Shown: positions 23,261 through 34,774, counted from the first letter of the stretch. The stretch is DNA of 47,737 bases from a virus (IMGVR_UViG_2541047873_000005); one strand, 5' to 3'. The notes: generated by a model not told the origin, from the letters alone. Numbers and translations: made by a program.

Positions 23261-25353
23261 CCTCCGGAAGTCAGCCAGGGGTTAACATCGTCAGTTACTG
23301 TTTTCTTCCGTTTTTGTTTTTTAACAGGCGTGGATACCGGTTCCGGTGTGGGTGACGGTTCGGTACTGTCCGGGACACACTCCAGCCAGGTTTCCCGGCT
23401 CGCCCACTCCGGTGCATCCGGCCAGCGGATCTTTTCGTATCCATGCAGAATGACCAGAGCCTCGGCATACACCATCAGGTCAAAAGCTTCGTTGGCACCG
23501 CGACCCGGCTTACTCCATTTCCCGTCACTGCTCCGCTCTTCATACGTCAGTTCGTCGTAAAACCAGCTCCCCAGCCAGTCAGGGAAATGCACATAGCCGG
23601 GACCTGGCGAGTCACGCCATAACGCGTTATTCACCCGGTCTTTCAGGGCATCCGTCTGAAGAAGCCAGAGCGGCACATCACCTGCGGCCTGCGCCCGGCG
23701 GCCCGTTCGTCCGGTGTTATCAGGGAATGTACGGCTGATCAGTTTTGCGCGCCGGATGCTGTCACCCTTAAACAGGTAAATACGTTTACCAAGGCCATCA
23801 CGACGGCAACGACGCCAGAATTTATAGGCATTATCAGTGACCCCGTCTTCACCGCCGGAGTCCACCGCCATTGCCATCAGTCGCATTTGTTGAGAAGGAT
23901 CGGAGGCCAGCGGCCAGCTTTTATGAAAAACATCCGTCAGCAGGACATCCCAGTCTTCCGGATAGCTGGCCGGATCAATTCGCTGGCTCTCCCCGTCGCT
24001 GTCACCGCGCAATGACTGCGTGATGTTGTAACGATCAATAATCCAGCGTTCGCCACGGCTGCCATAGCCCGTTACCTGAACCACAAAACGGCGATGACGT
24101 CCCGCCTGCACATCCACTGTCGCCACAAGGAAATTAACGCCATCCGGCACACTGCGGGAAGGAACTGGCTCTGCCCGCTGCTCAAGCAATTCACTTTTTC
24201 GTTGCTCCATGCTGGCGCGGGGAAGATAAGGTAATCCCCAGTCGGTATTGATAACCGTCTTGAGTGTCTCTTCACTTCCGGTTGTCTCGTATTCCTGTTC
24301 TGCAGTAAGCAGTTTGTAAACGAGTTGCGAGAGTGTCTGATAAGCAGCTGCCGGACCCTCCATCCAGAATGACGCAATACGTGAACGCCGGGGATCACCA
24401 TAACGACTGCCATCTGCATTGATGGATTCACCATCCCGTAACCAGACCCCACGTCCGTTCAGCTCGCGTTTTTGTTCAGGCAAAATCCGTCCTGAACAGG
24501 AAGGACACTGAATATAAGCCGCCTCACTTGCCAGCACAGGATCGGCAATATCACGGAAACCAGCAACCACATCGCCGCAGGGCTGAAAATACTCACCACA
24601 GTGTGGACAGGGCCAGTACCAGCGACGGCGATCGCCACGGTTATAGAGCGACAGGATCCCCGTGGTTGGTGGAGCCTCATGCGGTGAAGTCCGTCGCCAT
24701 TTCACATCCTTCACATCCCTGCCGGGGGAACTCTCCACCAGCGTCATACCACTGGACATAAATGTGGTGGTACGTTTTGAGGCAAGAGAGAAGGCATCCC
24801 CCTCACCATCAATATCTTCCGGAAAACGGTCATAATCCGTCAGCGCCACGCATTTATAATCTGATGAAGACATGATATTGACTGACGGCCAGCCGATTTT
24901 CAGGTAGTTGCCAGCAAGGAATGTTCTGTCATAAACGTTGTTGTCATTTTTGTTCGGACTCAGGCGACTGACCACTTCCGGGCTGACGCGAAACGTTCTG
25001 GCGAGTCGTTTTTTGGAGTGTTCGCGGGCTTTTTCCTCCGTCATCTGAATGATCAGCATATCAGCAGGATCGCAAATCACGTTGTAAATCACCCAGCCGT
25101 CAATCAGGCCGATAGTCTTGCCGGTTCGTGCCGGGCCAACAAATATCACTGCGTCGTATTCACGCGAGGCCAGGCAGTTCATAGGCTCAATAACATACGG
25201 TGCCACCAGCGGATCCCACGGGACTGAGTTCCCTGCCCCCATAGGCACCCGCATATACTGAGCAACGGCATCAGCAACCCGCATTCGTCTCGGTGCGCGA
25301 AGGATATAACCTGAATCGGTTCGTGCTGCCTTTGCGGTTTCCTGATTCAGCAT
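23251..25353 (-). CDS. Terminase large subunit
   Basis: 700 aa; Walker A-like GPARTGKT; lambda gpA-like position upstream of W and portal. Confidence 0.9.
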   Translation of the reverse strand: MLNQETAKAARTDSGYILRAPRRMRVADAVAQYMRVPMGAGNSVPWDPLVAPYVIEPMNCLASREYDAVIFVGPARTGKTIGLIDGWVIYNVICDPADMLIIQMTEEKAREHSKKRLARTFRVSPEVVSRLSPNKNDNNVYDRTFLAGNYLKIGWPSVNIMSSSDYKCVALTDYDRFPEDIDGEGDAFSLASKRTTTFMSSGMTLVESSPGRDVKDVKWRRTSPHEAPPTTGILSLYNRGDRRRWYWPCPHCGEYFQPCGDVVAGFRDIADPVLASEAAYIQCPSCSGRILPEQKRELNGRGVWLRDGESINADGSRYGDPRRSRIASFWMEGPAAAYQTLSQLVYKLLTAEQEYETTGSEETLKTVINTDWGLPYLPRASMEQRKSELLEQRAEPVPSRSVPDGVNFLVATVDVQAGRHRRFVVQVTGYGSRGERWIIDRYNITQSLRGDSDGESQRIDPASYPEDWDVLLTDVFHKSWPLASDPSQQMRLMAMAVDSGGEDGVTDNAYKFWRRCRRDGLGKRIYLFKGDSIRRAKLISRTFPDNTGRTGRRAQAAGDVPLWLLQTDALKDRVNNALWRDSPGPGYVHFPDWLGSWFYDELTYEERSSDGKWSKPGRGANEAFDLMVYAEALVILHGYEKIRWPDAPEWASRETWLECVPDSTEPSPTPEPVSTPVKKQKRKKTVTDDVNPWLTSGGWL

Positions 25354-25847
25354 TACTCCTCCTGCTGTAATTCCTCCTCATCATCCGCACCTGCTTCAGT
25401 CACCCGCAGGGCTATCTGATCGCGCAGATCATCAATAATGGACTGAACACGGCTCACAGCGGCAGGCTGCAGACCGCAGTCACGTTCAAGAATATCCGGT
25501 AATGTCTCCAGCACCTGCACGACCGCTTTTGCCCAGATGGCAAACTCCCGTCTGACATCACTGGCCGGAATGAGTTGTGCCGTTTCCTGTTCGAACTTAA
25601 GACGCTCACGTTCAGACTGATACCAGGCTTTGCGCTCATGCGCGTCCATTTCGCCTTCTGCAACCGGCGGTGGTAATGCCAGAAATGCCGACACAATATC
25701 AACCACCCGATAAAGCTTGAGGTTGCTTTCATGCCCCCCTGCAACGGGTAGATTTTGCAGCCTTGCCGCAGCAGTCTGGCGATGTACACCTGACAATGCC
25801 GCCAGTTGACTGATATTCAGCGTCAGATTTTTTAACTCTCGATCCAT
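25353..25847 (-). CDS. Terminase small subunit
   Basis: 164 aa with N-terminal HTH (LNISQLAALSGVHRQTAAARL) and acidic C-terminus; ATG overlaps the TerL start region. Confidence 0.7.
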   Translation of the reverse strand: MDRELKNLTLNISQLAALSGVHRQTAAARLQNLPVAGGHESNLKLYRVVDIVSAFLALPPPVAEGEMDAHERKAWYQSERERLKFEQETAQLIPASDVRREFAIWAKAVVQVLETLPDILERDCGLQPAAVSRVQSIIDDLRDQIALRVTEAGADDEEELQQEE

Positions 25848-26409
25848 ACCCGCTCCAGAATGTTTTAAACATGCATCTTGCGAACAACTTTAGGCAAACG
25901 GTGTTAGTGATGAACAAAAAACAATCAGAATCGACACCATAAAAATAAATCCACTGTAATATCAATCAATTACAGTAGTGGTGATGACGAATAAAATTTC
26001 AAAAACTAGCCTTTTTCCGCGACGCTCCCGCCCCGTGGCAGGGGCCCCCACCGGGAGGACCCGACAGCCTGACAGCCTGACAGCCGTGACGAGCATCTGA
26101 TACAGCGCTTTACATAATGGCATAGGAATAATTCAGAAGGACATCACAGCATGCCCACACAAATTAGTGTGAGTGTCCTGTTTCTTCCTACGCACAGGAC
26201 TGACGAGCATGAGGGGAAAATATGCGAACCATAAATGCCTCATCTTCAGCAATGCAGCCGGCATCCGAACAGGACGATATTGTAAATTCACCTAATTACG
26301 AGGACATTGCAGTAGTTGAATTGCAGCTCTGTATTAGCCTGACAGTGACAGAATGCGATATTGACTCTGTCACAGGTGAAATAGTTTGAATGATTAGCAG
26401 TTATGGTGC

Positions 26410-26616
26410 TCAGTCAACCACCAGGGAATAATCCTTCGAATTCTTATCGTGCTTCACCAACGCTGCCTCAATTGCCCTGAATGCTTCCAGAGACACCTGA
26501 TGTTCTATACATGCAATTACAACATCCGGGTAACTCATAGAAATGGTGCTATTAAGCATATTTTTTACACGAATCAGATCCAACGAGAGTTCATCAGCAG
26601 ATTGTTCTTTATTCAT
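26410..26616 (-). CDS. Hypothetical small protein (YnfO-position)
   Basis: 68-aa ORF with GGAG RBS 8 nt upstream; no recognised domain. Confidence 0.4.
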   Translation of the reverse strand: MNKEQSADELSLDLIRVKNMLNSTISMSYPDVVIACIEHQVSLEAFRAIEAALVKHDKNSKDYSLVVD

Positions 26617-26916
26617 TTTGTCGCTCCATGCGTTTGCTCGTCATCTAGCGGTTAAAATATTACTTCAAATCTTACTGCATAAAAGAGGAAAAGTATGAAA
26701 GTTTGAGTACATCGACCTTACATACATCTGTCGGTTGCATATCCCTCCTGGATGCCAGCAAGGCTCAATTTTGTTACGCAATCAACACTATTCATTAAAA
26801 ACAGGCTTAATATTTGACATAAATCATCAACAAAACACAAAGAGGTCAGACCAGATTAAAACAATAAACACGATAATGCAAACTACGCGCCATCGTATCA
26901 CATGGAAGGTTTACCA

Positions 26917-27327
26917 ATGGCTCAGGCTGCCATTTTTAAAGAAATATTCGATCAAGTGCGTAAAGATTTAAACTGTGAATTATTTTATTCTGAGCTAAAA
27001 CGTCACAATATCTCACTTTATATTTACTATTTAGCCACAGATAATATTCACATTGTGTTAGAAAACGACAACATAGTGTTAGTAAAAGGACTCAAAAAGG
27101 TTGTAAATGTTAAATTCTCCAGAAACAAACATCTTATAGAGACCTCCTATAATAAGTTGAAATCAAAAGAAATCACATTTCAACAATACAGGGAAAATCT
27201 TGCTAAAGCAGGAGTTTTCCGATGGGTTACAAATATCCAGGAACACCAAAGATATTACTATGCCTTTGATAACTCATTACTATTTACTGAAAGCATCCAG
27301 AAAACTACACAGATCTTACCACGCTAA
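26917..27327 (+). CDS. ydfO: DUF1398 protein YdfO-like
   Basis: [31 protein letters not shown]... matches recalled K-12 YdfO/YnfO family. Confidence 0.7.
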   Translation: MAQAAIFKEIFDQVRKDLNCELFYSELKRHNISLYIYYLATDNIHIVLENDNIVLVKGLKKVVNVKFSRNKHLIETSYNKLKSKEITFQQYRENLAKAGVFRWVTNIQEHQRYYYAFDNSLLFTESIQKTTQILPR

Positions 27328-27478
27328 ACCATAACGTCCGGCTTCTCTCACTCCTGAGCCGGACTGCATTGGTTTAATAAAAACCATCAACAATTGTGAT
27401 TTAGATATTCGGAACCATTCAAATATAACAAAACCCCGTAAAAACGAGGTTTATGGATAAATTTTATTATTGAATACA

Positions 27479-27652
27479 TCAGATTAAATTAATCTTGACA
27501 TCATAGCTTTCAAGACCCGTCATTTTTTCCCGTGCGGTAAACTGAATACTGGTAACTTCTTTCCCGGTCTTTTTCTTAAGTTCAATAATTTTTTTTGTTA
27601 TATATTCAGAAATATCTGCTTCTGCTTTTGTTTTTAAGTTTTCAATATTCAT
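27479..27652 (-). CDS. gnsB: GnsB-like small protein (GnsA/GnsB family)
   Basis: 57-aa ORF, absent from ORF track: MNIENLKTKAEADISEYITKKIIELKKKTGKEVTSIQFTAREKMTGLESYDVKINLI, same pattern as K-12 GnsB. Confidence 0.65.
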   Translation of the reverse strand: MNIENLKTKAEADISEYITKKIIELKKKTGKEVTSIQFTAREKMTGLESYDVKINLI

Positions 27653-27823
27653 CATTTCCTCTTTTAGTCTGTTATGACTTTCCAGTTACACAGTAAGTCG
27701 ATTATATGGTGCAAACGTGTAAAAGATAAGATGAAACATCGCAATAATCAACATACGATAGTCTAAATTTTACACAAACAGACAAAGAGAATTTTCCTGA
27801 ATTATCAATACAATAGCATCAAA

Positions 27824-28054
27824 TCAACTCAAGAGCCTTATTGCTGCTTCCAGAATTTCTTCTGAAGTAACATGTCGATCCGCGGCTACATAAATGACTT
27901 TATGATCTCCGGTCAGAGATGGAAACCCTGCGGCCATTACAGTAAGGTGTGTTTTTTCGCCATTTGGATATTCACGCATGATGGTGTTAACTCCAGTCAT
28001 CGCTGGCACTACCACTGCTGGTTCAGAGTTAAAAAAAACTATGATTTTTTTCAT
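27824..28054 (-). CDS. ynfN: YnfN-like cold-shock-associated prophage protein
   Basis: 76 aa from internal ATG (MKKIIVFFNSEPAVVVPAMTG...); same gnsB-ynfN-cspI order as Qin. Confidence 0.6.
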   Translation of the reverse strand: MKKIIVFFNSEPAVVVPAMTGVNTIMREYPNGEKTHLTVMAAGFPSLTGDHKVIYVAADRHVTSEEILEAAIRLLS

Positions 28055-28325
28055 GATGTTACCGTAGTATGTGAGTATCCATCGAATAGATACCAAGCAA
28101 AAAAGCTCCCGAAGGAGCCTTCATTTTCACTTTTTTAAATCCAACGACAGACGGCTGGCATTTAAGTATTGTGAAATATTATCAAATGTAATCATCATTG
28201 ATTTACAAAAGATACATTTTGCCCCGAAAGGATTCATGTCAGAAACATCAAAAGATGATGTTCTATACTGGGAACCATGACAACACGGGCATCTAAAGTG
28301 AATATGGTTTGTAATATTGTCTACC

Positions 28326-28538
28326 TCAAAGCGCCACTACATGAACAGCGGCAGGACCTTTAGGTCCGTTCTCAATACCAAATTCAACTTCCTGATTCTC
28401 AGTTAATGTTTTGAAATCGTTGCTCTGAATTGCTGAGAAATGGACAAACACATCTTTGCTGCCATCTTTCGGCGTGATGAAACCAAAACCTTTTTCAGGG
28501 TTAAACCATTTCACTAAACCAGTCATTTTGTTAGACAT
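28326..28538 (-). CDS. cspI: Cold shock protein CspI
   Basis: 70 aa [70 protein letters not shown]; RNP1/RNP2 cold-shock domain motifs. Confidence 0.9.
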   Translation of the reverse strand: MSNKMTGLVKWFNPEKGFGFITPKDGSKDVFVHFSAIQSNDFKTLTENQEVEFGIENGPKGPAAVHVVAL

Positions 28539-28901
28539 AATTATTACCTTTTGAAGAAATTAGCCCTTGGGCAGAATGGTCCGAAAAAAAATATCAGAGA
28601 GAAAAACCAACAAGGAAATCTCAAGAGGTACAAATAATAAAATTATAACAATGACTGCTTCAGATAAATTTGTAACAAACCAGAACACCATTAACGCATG
28701 ATTAACCACCCATAGCAAGGATTACTTTTGTAAAGAAAAACACAGCAATGAAAGAATAGCTTTATTTATTAATAATAACGTGTCATTCTGATTAAGACCT
28801 TTTATCTTACCCTTAAGATTTCAGGAATTTTGGCTCATGGAAGAGTCCTTTTTATTTAAATTTTACATTCCGCGATGTAAATGTTCCGATTTAATATTAC
28901 C

Positions 28902-29925
<1,024 letters not shown>

Positions 29926-29929
<4 letters not shown>

Positions 29930-30213
29930 ATATATTTATGATGAGGACGCTCGTGCTTATTGGCAGGATTTTCAATCTTAAAGGAGTACTGATGCTGCAG
30001 ATAAGACTCAACTTTTTCTGACAATTTTTCTGCTACTTCCAGGAAGACTTGCCGGACGCTCCTTCTGGCTGCTGCCTCATAAAACTCCAGCGCAGCTCCT
30101 TCAACACGGTCCATGGCGACATCCAGGTCAAAAATTTCACCGTCAAAGCGTTCTTTGTCCTGTAAGGCTACAGTTACCGTAACTTTATTCTCAAAATTAC
30201 GGACTCCTTTCAC
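29926..30213 (-). CDS. ydfR: YdfR-like protein (DUF1327)
   Basis: 95-aa ORF between holin and endolysin, as ydfR in Qin. Confidence 0.6.
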
Positions 30214-30241
30214 AACCAGTTCATAGTCTTGAGTCGTTGGA

Positions 30242-30457
30242 TTACTCTCCTCTCGCAGCCTTACGCCTGTCTTCTTTAATCTTGAAATAAAGATTTGTCA
30301 GATACGTCAGCAGGCCAAAAACCAGGCTACCCAGCACACCGATTGCAGCCCACTGTGACGGAGTTACTTTATCGAGTAACTGCAATGCCCAGAAACCAGC
30401 ATTACCCGCCGATGTGCCATAGGCAACACCTGTTGTTAACTTATCCATTGATTTCAT
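30242..30457 (-). CDS. essQ: Class II holin (phage 21 S-type pinholin), dual-start
   Basis: 71 aa [71 protein letters not shown]; two TM helices; Met1/Met4 dual start. Confidence 0.8.
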   Translation of the reverse strand: MKSMDKLTTGVAYGTSAGNAGFWALQLLDKVTPSQWAAIGVLGSLVFGLLTYLTNLYFKIKEDRRKAARGE

Positions 30458-30676
30458 ATCCTCACCCCGATGTACACGGATGGTGCAATATGTTTGAAAA
30501 GATCGGAGTCTACGGGGTAGTTTTGACAGCACACGTTGTTCTCAACGGCGCTAAAAAAACATACACATTAAAAATGTGGGTAATTATTTTGAAAGAAAGT
30601 CATATATAAAATAATAATACGAGAAATGTTTTCATATTTAGTGTACTGTATACGGCCATTTATACAGGAAAAGCCT

Positions 30677-30847
30677 ATGTCAGAACGTAAAAACTCAAAA
30701 TCACGCCGTAATTATCTCGTTAAATGTTCCTGCCCAAACTGCACCCAAGAGTCAGAACACAGTTTTTCAAGAGTACAAAAAGGTGCCCTTTTGATCTGCC
30801 CTCATTGCAACAAAGTATTCCAGACAAATCTTAAAGCTGTAGCCTGA
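30677..30847 (+). CDS. Small zinc-ribbon protein (CxxC...CxxC)
   Basis: 56 aa MSERKNSKSRRNYLVKCSCPNCTQESEHSFSRVQKGALLICPHCNKVFQTNLKAVA; two CxxC pairs. Confidence 0.45.
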   Translation: MSERKNSKSRRNYLVKCSCPNCTQESEHSFSRVQKGALLICPHCNKVFQTNLKAVA

Positions 30848-30905
30848 TTGATTTTATTAGTAACAAGTATTTTTTATATTTTAATAATATATTTAAAGCA
30901 GATAA

Positions 30906-30929
30906 TAAAAAACCCGCCTGAGCGGGTTT
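30906..30929 (-). terminator. Rho-independent terminator downstream of cspB
   Basis: Hairpin AACCCGC-tcag-GCGGGTT followed by U-run on the minus strand. Confidence 0.5.
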
Positions 30930-31210
30930 GAGATTGTGGTGCTTTTTGTGGGAGTCATCCACTTACGCACTTTGTTTTGCCATGCCAGCAGTTAGCTTCT
31001 GCTGTAAAACTATTCATGCAGCAAACCTGCACTTCACCACAATGGTTAGCATACTTTTCCTGATTAAGATTTTGCCAAATATGCTAGCCATTGTTTCATG
31101 TATTGGACCTCCTTACTTTTTATTAAAGAGATCCAATATTCACTACTCTGTCCGTATCTCTACTCAGGCATCAGCCTTCTTCGTTATCGTATACAGACGA
31201 GCGATGAATT

Positions 31211-31426
31211 TTAATCAGTAATGATGACATTTGCTGCTGCAGGACCTTTAGCACCACTCTCTATAGAGAAGGTAACCTTTTGACCTTCAAATAAGGTTCG
31301 ATAATTATCATTCTGAATCGCAGAAAAATGCACAAACACATCTTTACTACCATCAACAGGAGAAATAAAGCCGAAACCTTTATCAGCGTTAAACCATTTT
31401 ACTAAACCAGTCATTTTATTTGACAT
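31211..31426 (-). CDS. cspB: Cold shock protein CspB
   Basis: 71 aa [71 protein letters not shown]. Confidence 0.9.
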   Translation of the reverse strand: MSNKMTGLVKWFNADKGFGFISPVDGSKDVFVHFSAIQNDNYRTLFEGQKVTFSIESGAKGPAAANVIITD

Positions 31427-31726
31427 TCTACATTCCTTAACTTGAGCCTTTCGGCATAAATGGTTTGCATAACAGAAACGACTTCGTACTTAATTGGAGA
31501 GACTCAAAGAAGGAATAAGTGAATAACACCTGAAATGAGAACTGCTTTAGTAAACTACTTCGTATATCGTCTGTTCTTCAAACCGACGCAATCATTAACG
31601 CATAGTTGAACATATGAAGCAATGTTTATTTTAGACATCCAGCCATCTTCAACCCCATCAAAAAACTATAGCTTTCTTCAGGAACGTGTGTATAGTGCGC
31701 CAAGTTATCAGTATTAAGGAATTTTT

Positions 31727-31939
31727 TTGTCCCGTAAAATGACAGGAATTGTCAAAACCTTTGACGGCAAAAGCGGCAAGGGTCTTATCACCCCATCCGA
31801 TGGTCGTATCGATGTCCAGCTTCATGTTTCAGCGCTCAATCTCCGCGATGCAGAAGAAATTACCACCGGATTACGCGTGGAATTTTGCCGGATAAATGGT
31901 CTGCGTGGCCCTTCAGCTGCCAATGTTTACCTTTCATGA
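31727..31939 (+). CDS. cspF: Cold shock protein CspF
   Basis: 70 aa cold-shock-domain protein divergent from cspB; non-ATG start per ORF track. Confidence 0.8.
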
Positions 31940-32232
31940 GCTATATTAAAGCTTTAATTTCAGGCCCCATCGGATCACACATGGAGAGTTTTTATGAATA
32001 ACCCCGTCTGTCTTGATGACTGGTTGATTGGCTTTAAAAGCTTATGCTGTACTTTGGCCGTAATAGCTCTGCTAATAATATAATAAGCAGACTCATTGTG
32101 TTTAGGGACATTGTACTGGAAGAAAATATTTTAAACATCAGGCAAATAACCAAGTCACCAGCTAAATAATAAGTTAACAGACATGAGTCCCGGGATGAGA
32201 TTCAACATTACCATTGCCCCATTTAAAGCACA

Positions 32233-32262
32233 AAACCCGCTCATCAGCGGGTTTTCTACTTT
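32233..32262. terminator. Intrinsic terminator hairpin downstream of Q (candidate tR')
   Basis: AAACCCGC-tcatca-GCGGGTTT with T-rich flanks on both strands. Confidence 0.45.
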
Positions 32263-32294
32263 TTCTTAACGTCGGGTATACAAAGCCCATCGTT

Positions 32295-32330
32295 GAAAAA
32301 ATTTTATCCATATTTTTTGAAAAATGCAAA
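32295..32330 (-). promoter_or_regulatory. Candidate late promoter pR' (TTGCAT-17bp-TAAAAT) just downstream of Q
   Basis: Sigma70-like -35/-10 on the minus strand, about 40-60 nt upstream of the hairpin at 32233..32254. Confidence 0.3.
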
Positions 32331-32360
32331 CATCATGTCGCCATCTTCAGCAAAAATCAT

Positions 32361-33113
32361 TTATCTCGTCACCTTCCTCAATTGCGCTTCCGCGTATGCT
32401 TCTTCCTGCCAGCACTTTGTTACCAGTTTATCAATGACGTCCGCATACCCCTTATACCACTGATAATCGGTCAGGTCTGGTACCAGCTTCTGGACATGAC
32501 GTCGTGCCAGCGTGGTCGGTAAACGACTAAATCGGTTTCCATTACAACGCCCACAAATCTTATATACCGGTACGCCATGAAACCGGGTTCTTTTTTCATC
32601 CAGAACAATCCCTTTACCCTTACACCCTCTGCACGCTGTGCTGACTTCGCCCTTACCATGGCAATGCTGACATAGTTCCTTCACCCATTCTTCCTTGATT
32701 ACAGATTCCCCGCGTCTGTAGTGTTTCACCACTTCGCGCAATACATTATAAAATCCCGTACCTGAACAATGCTCACAGCGAGCCTTACTTGCCGCAGACC
32801 TGGAGTAATCAGCAAAGGCAAAATTCACAAGGTAAGGAATAATCTGTAACCGGATTTCTTCACTCAATTTGTTCAATGTCGGGTTATCCAGTGCCATCGC
32901 GTAATTTAGCAGGCCTTCAATCGCAAACTGAGGGTCCTGAACACCAACTTTTGCCAGAAATAAGGCCAACCCAAGTGGTGCTTTCGACTGCACCATCCCC
33001 TGCGCTGCCATTACATCCGTAATTGTTAAACAACCGGTGCCTGTCGCTGGAGCGTCATCGCTCAATTTTGGAGATTTTGGGGAGTAATATTTTGGTAAGG
33101 CTTCAAGGTTCAT
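32361..33113 (-). CDS. quuQ: Late gene antiterminator Q
   Basis: 250 aa with Cys-rich zinc-binding region (CEHCSGTG, CQHCHGKG, CRGCKGKG, CGRCNG); upstream of lysis genes. Confidence 0.8.
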   Translation of the reverse strand: MNLEALPKYYSPKSPKLSDDAPATGTGCLTITDVMAAQGMVQSKAPLGLALFLAKVGVQDPQFAIEGLLNYAMALDNPTLNKLSEEIRLQIIPYLVNFAFADYSRSAASKARCEHCSGTGFYNVLREVVKHYRRGESVIKEEWVKELCQHCHGKGEVSTACRGCKGKGIVLDEKRTRFHGVPVYKICGRCNGNRFSRLPTTLARRHVQKLVPDLTDYQWYKGYADVIDKLVTKCWQEEAYAEAQLRKVTR

Positions 33114-33126
33114 GCTCGTTCTCCAC

Positions 33127-34215
33127 TTACGCCAGTACGCCAGTTGCCAGCGCGCGATCGATAAAACGAAATATCAGCTCCAGTTGGGAGCCATACTTCT
33201 CTTCAAATGCCACTGTATCCGTATGCAGCTCGTTGTGATGCTTTCTGCACAAAGGCAACACAAAGAGATCATGTGCTTTTGTTCCCATTCCGCCCTGCCC
33301 GTGACCAATCAGATGATGCGGATCGTCGGCTGGCATACCGCAGCAAGCACACGGCTGTGTCTTAACCCAACGAGTGTATTTCTCCTTAACCCAGCGGCGA
33401 CGTTTAGGCAGCTTCATGAAAGATTCCGGAGACTCTGGATCAACGGTGATGCTTACCACCGTCTTTTCCTGTGGTGGTTTTTGTTGCTGGTGGGCGTAAG
33501 GCAACGGTGCAAGATTTTCTGTGCGTTGTTTCAATATGCTGGTGGCGGTCTGCTCTCCCTGTACGATGTCGCTTTCGCGGTACACCGAGCAGATTTTTTC
33601 CGCTGGTAATCCCAGCGAACGACGCGATACAGCCTCAGGTAGTGCATCCACCACCTGATTGCAGACCGCCCACCAGGATAATTCAGCCAAAGATAATTCC
33701 CGCTCCTGCGTACCGCTTATTGCGTGACGGATGACGTCAATCACCCATGCTGTCAGATTTTGTTGAGCAAGCAGCTCCAGTGATTCCGATGTCTGGTCAC
33801 GCAGTTGGTTGTCGCAGTGCCAGCACAACACCATTGCGCCGGTACCATAACGGTGAATGACTGTTTCAGTGTGATGGTAATCGCCATTAGGCCACTGGCA
33901 GGATGTAACATGACGTAATAGCCAGTCAGACAATGCGCCAACGCCGCCAGTAGCACGAATCACCCGTTCGTTACTAAAAAACGGCAGCAATGTTTTGTCT
34001 TCTGCCAGCGGCTGGCGAACGGCAGGAACGACTCCGGATGGCAGATTTCGCATGCTTTTTGGTTCCGGTTCCACCAGCACTCGAGGATTATGAAATATCT
34101 GTATGGATTCACGGCCCGGCTTAAGGACCACCAGCCCAAGCTCAGGCACCAGAACAGGTCTAAGTAATACCCGCACGTTACCTCCAGATCCGTTGCTGGA
34201 AAGTGCGGGACGCAC
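33127..34215 (-). CDS. ydfU: DUF968 protein YdfU-like (HNH-like Cys/His motif)
   Basis: 362-aa ORF with CACCGMPADDPHHLIGHGQGGMGTKAHDLFVLPLCRKHHNELH; Qin ydfU position. Confidence 0.7.
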   Translation of the reverse strand: MRPALSSNGSGGNVRVLLRPVLVPELGLVVLKPGRESIQIFHNPRVLVEPEPKSMRNLPSGVVPAVRQPLAEDKTLLPFFSNERVIRATGGVGALSDWLLRHVTSCQWPNGDYHHTETVIHRYGTGAMVLCWHCDNQLRDQTSESLELLAQQNLTAWVIDVIRHAISGTQERELSLAELSWWAVCNQVVDALPEAVSRRSLGLPAEKICSVYRESDIVQGEQTATSILKQRTENLAPLPYAHQQQKPPQEKTVVSITVDPESPESFMKLPKRRRWVKEKYTRWVKTQPCACCGMPADDPHHLIGHGQGGMGTKAHDLFVLPLCRKHHNELHTDTVAFEEKYGSQLELIFRFIDRALATGVLA

Positions 34216-34456
34216 GTGGTGGGCGTTCGGAATAAGGCAGCCTGACAGAGATTATCCAGTGCCGATAGTCGAGACTGAGAGCTTTCTTAACCTCGAACCC
34301 GCGCCTGCGGTAAGAATGAATCAGCCATTCGGCCTGTTCTGCAGTGCATGGAGGGTGCTGGAACCATTCAGACTTGAATGCGTGAGAATACCGCCCGTGC
34401 GTGCAGGCAAGAACGGGCGAATTATCAGAATTGTAATATTTTACGTTGCGTGCCAT
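34178..34456 (-). CDS. rem: Rem-like protein
   Basis: Small ORF between ydfU and hok region, as rem in Qin; start uncertain. Confidence 0.55.
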   Translation of the reverse strand: MARNVKYYNSDNSPVLACTHGRYSHAFKSEWFQHPPCTAEQAEWLIHSYRRRGFEVKKALSLDYRHWIISVRLPYSERPPRASRTFQQRIWR

Positions 34457-34522
34457 CGGTTTTCTCCGGTGGCACGGTGTTACTCAGCGGGAGTTCAGCC
34501 CCGCGCAAGATTGTAGATGAGT

Positions 34523-34774
34523 TTATTCTTCTGCAAAAGCAGAAAAGCCAGCTTTTATTCCGATCTCTTTCAATGCCTGTAATGAAGTGACAAACTCACC
34601 TTCGCGCAAGATAAATCCGTCCGTGACCCGAGCATCCACAAAATTAATTAACGCAGCCCCATTCTTTCGCAAACACATAATGCGGTAATGACTAACAAGA
34701 TTTCCATTTTCAACGCACACAGCATAGAGGCCATCTTCACAAAAAATTTTACGCAGTTCTTCGATGTTCATCAT
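34523..34774 (-). CDS. Hypothetical protein (83 aa), unknown function
   Basis: ORF with AAGGA RBS 6 nt upstream of ATG; sits between rem and hok; no recognisable family. Confidence 0.5.
   Translation of the reverse strand: MMNIEELRKIFCEDGLYAVCVENGNLVSHYRIMCLRKNGAALINFVDARVTDGFILREGEFVTSLQALKEIGIKAGFSAFAEE

Noticed and set aside
30532-32361. Shiga toxin or tRNA genes between Q and the lysis cassette
   Set aside because: This is where Stx phages carry stxAB and tRNA genes, but the interval holds only a zinc-ribbon ORF, cspB, cspF and terminators; no AB5 toxin-like ORF or tRNA structure was seen.
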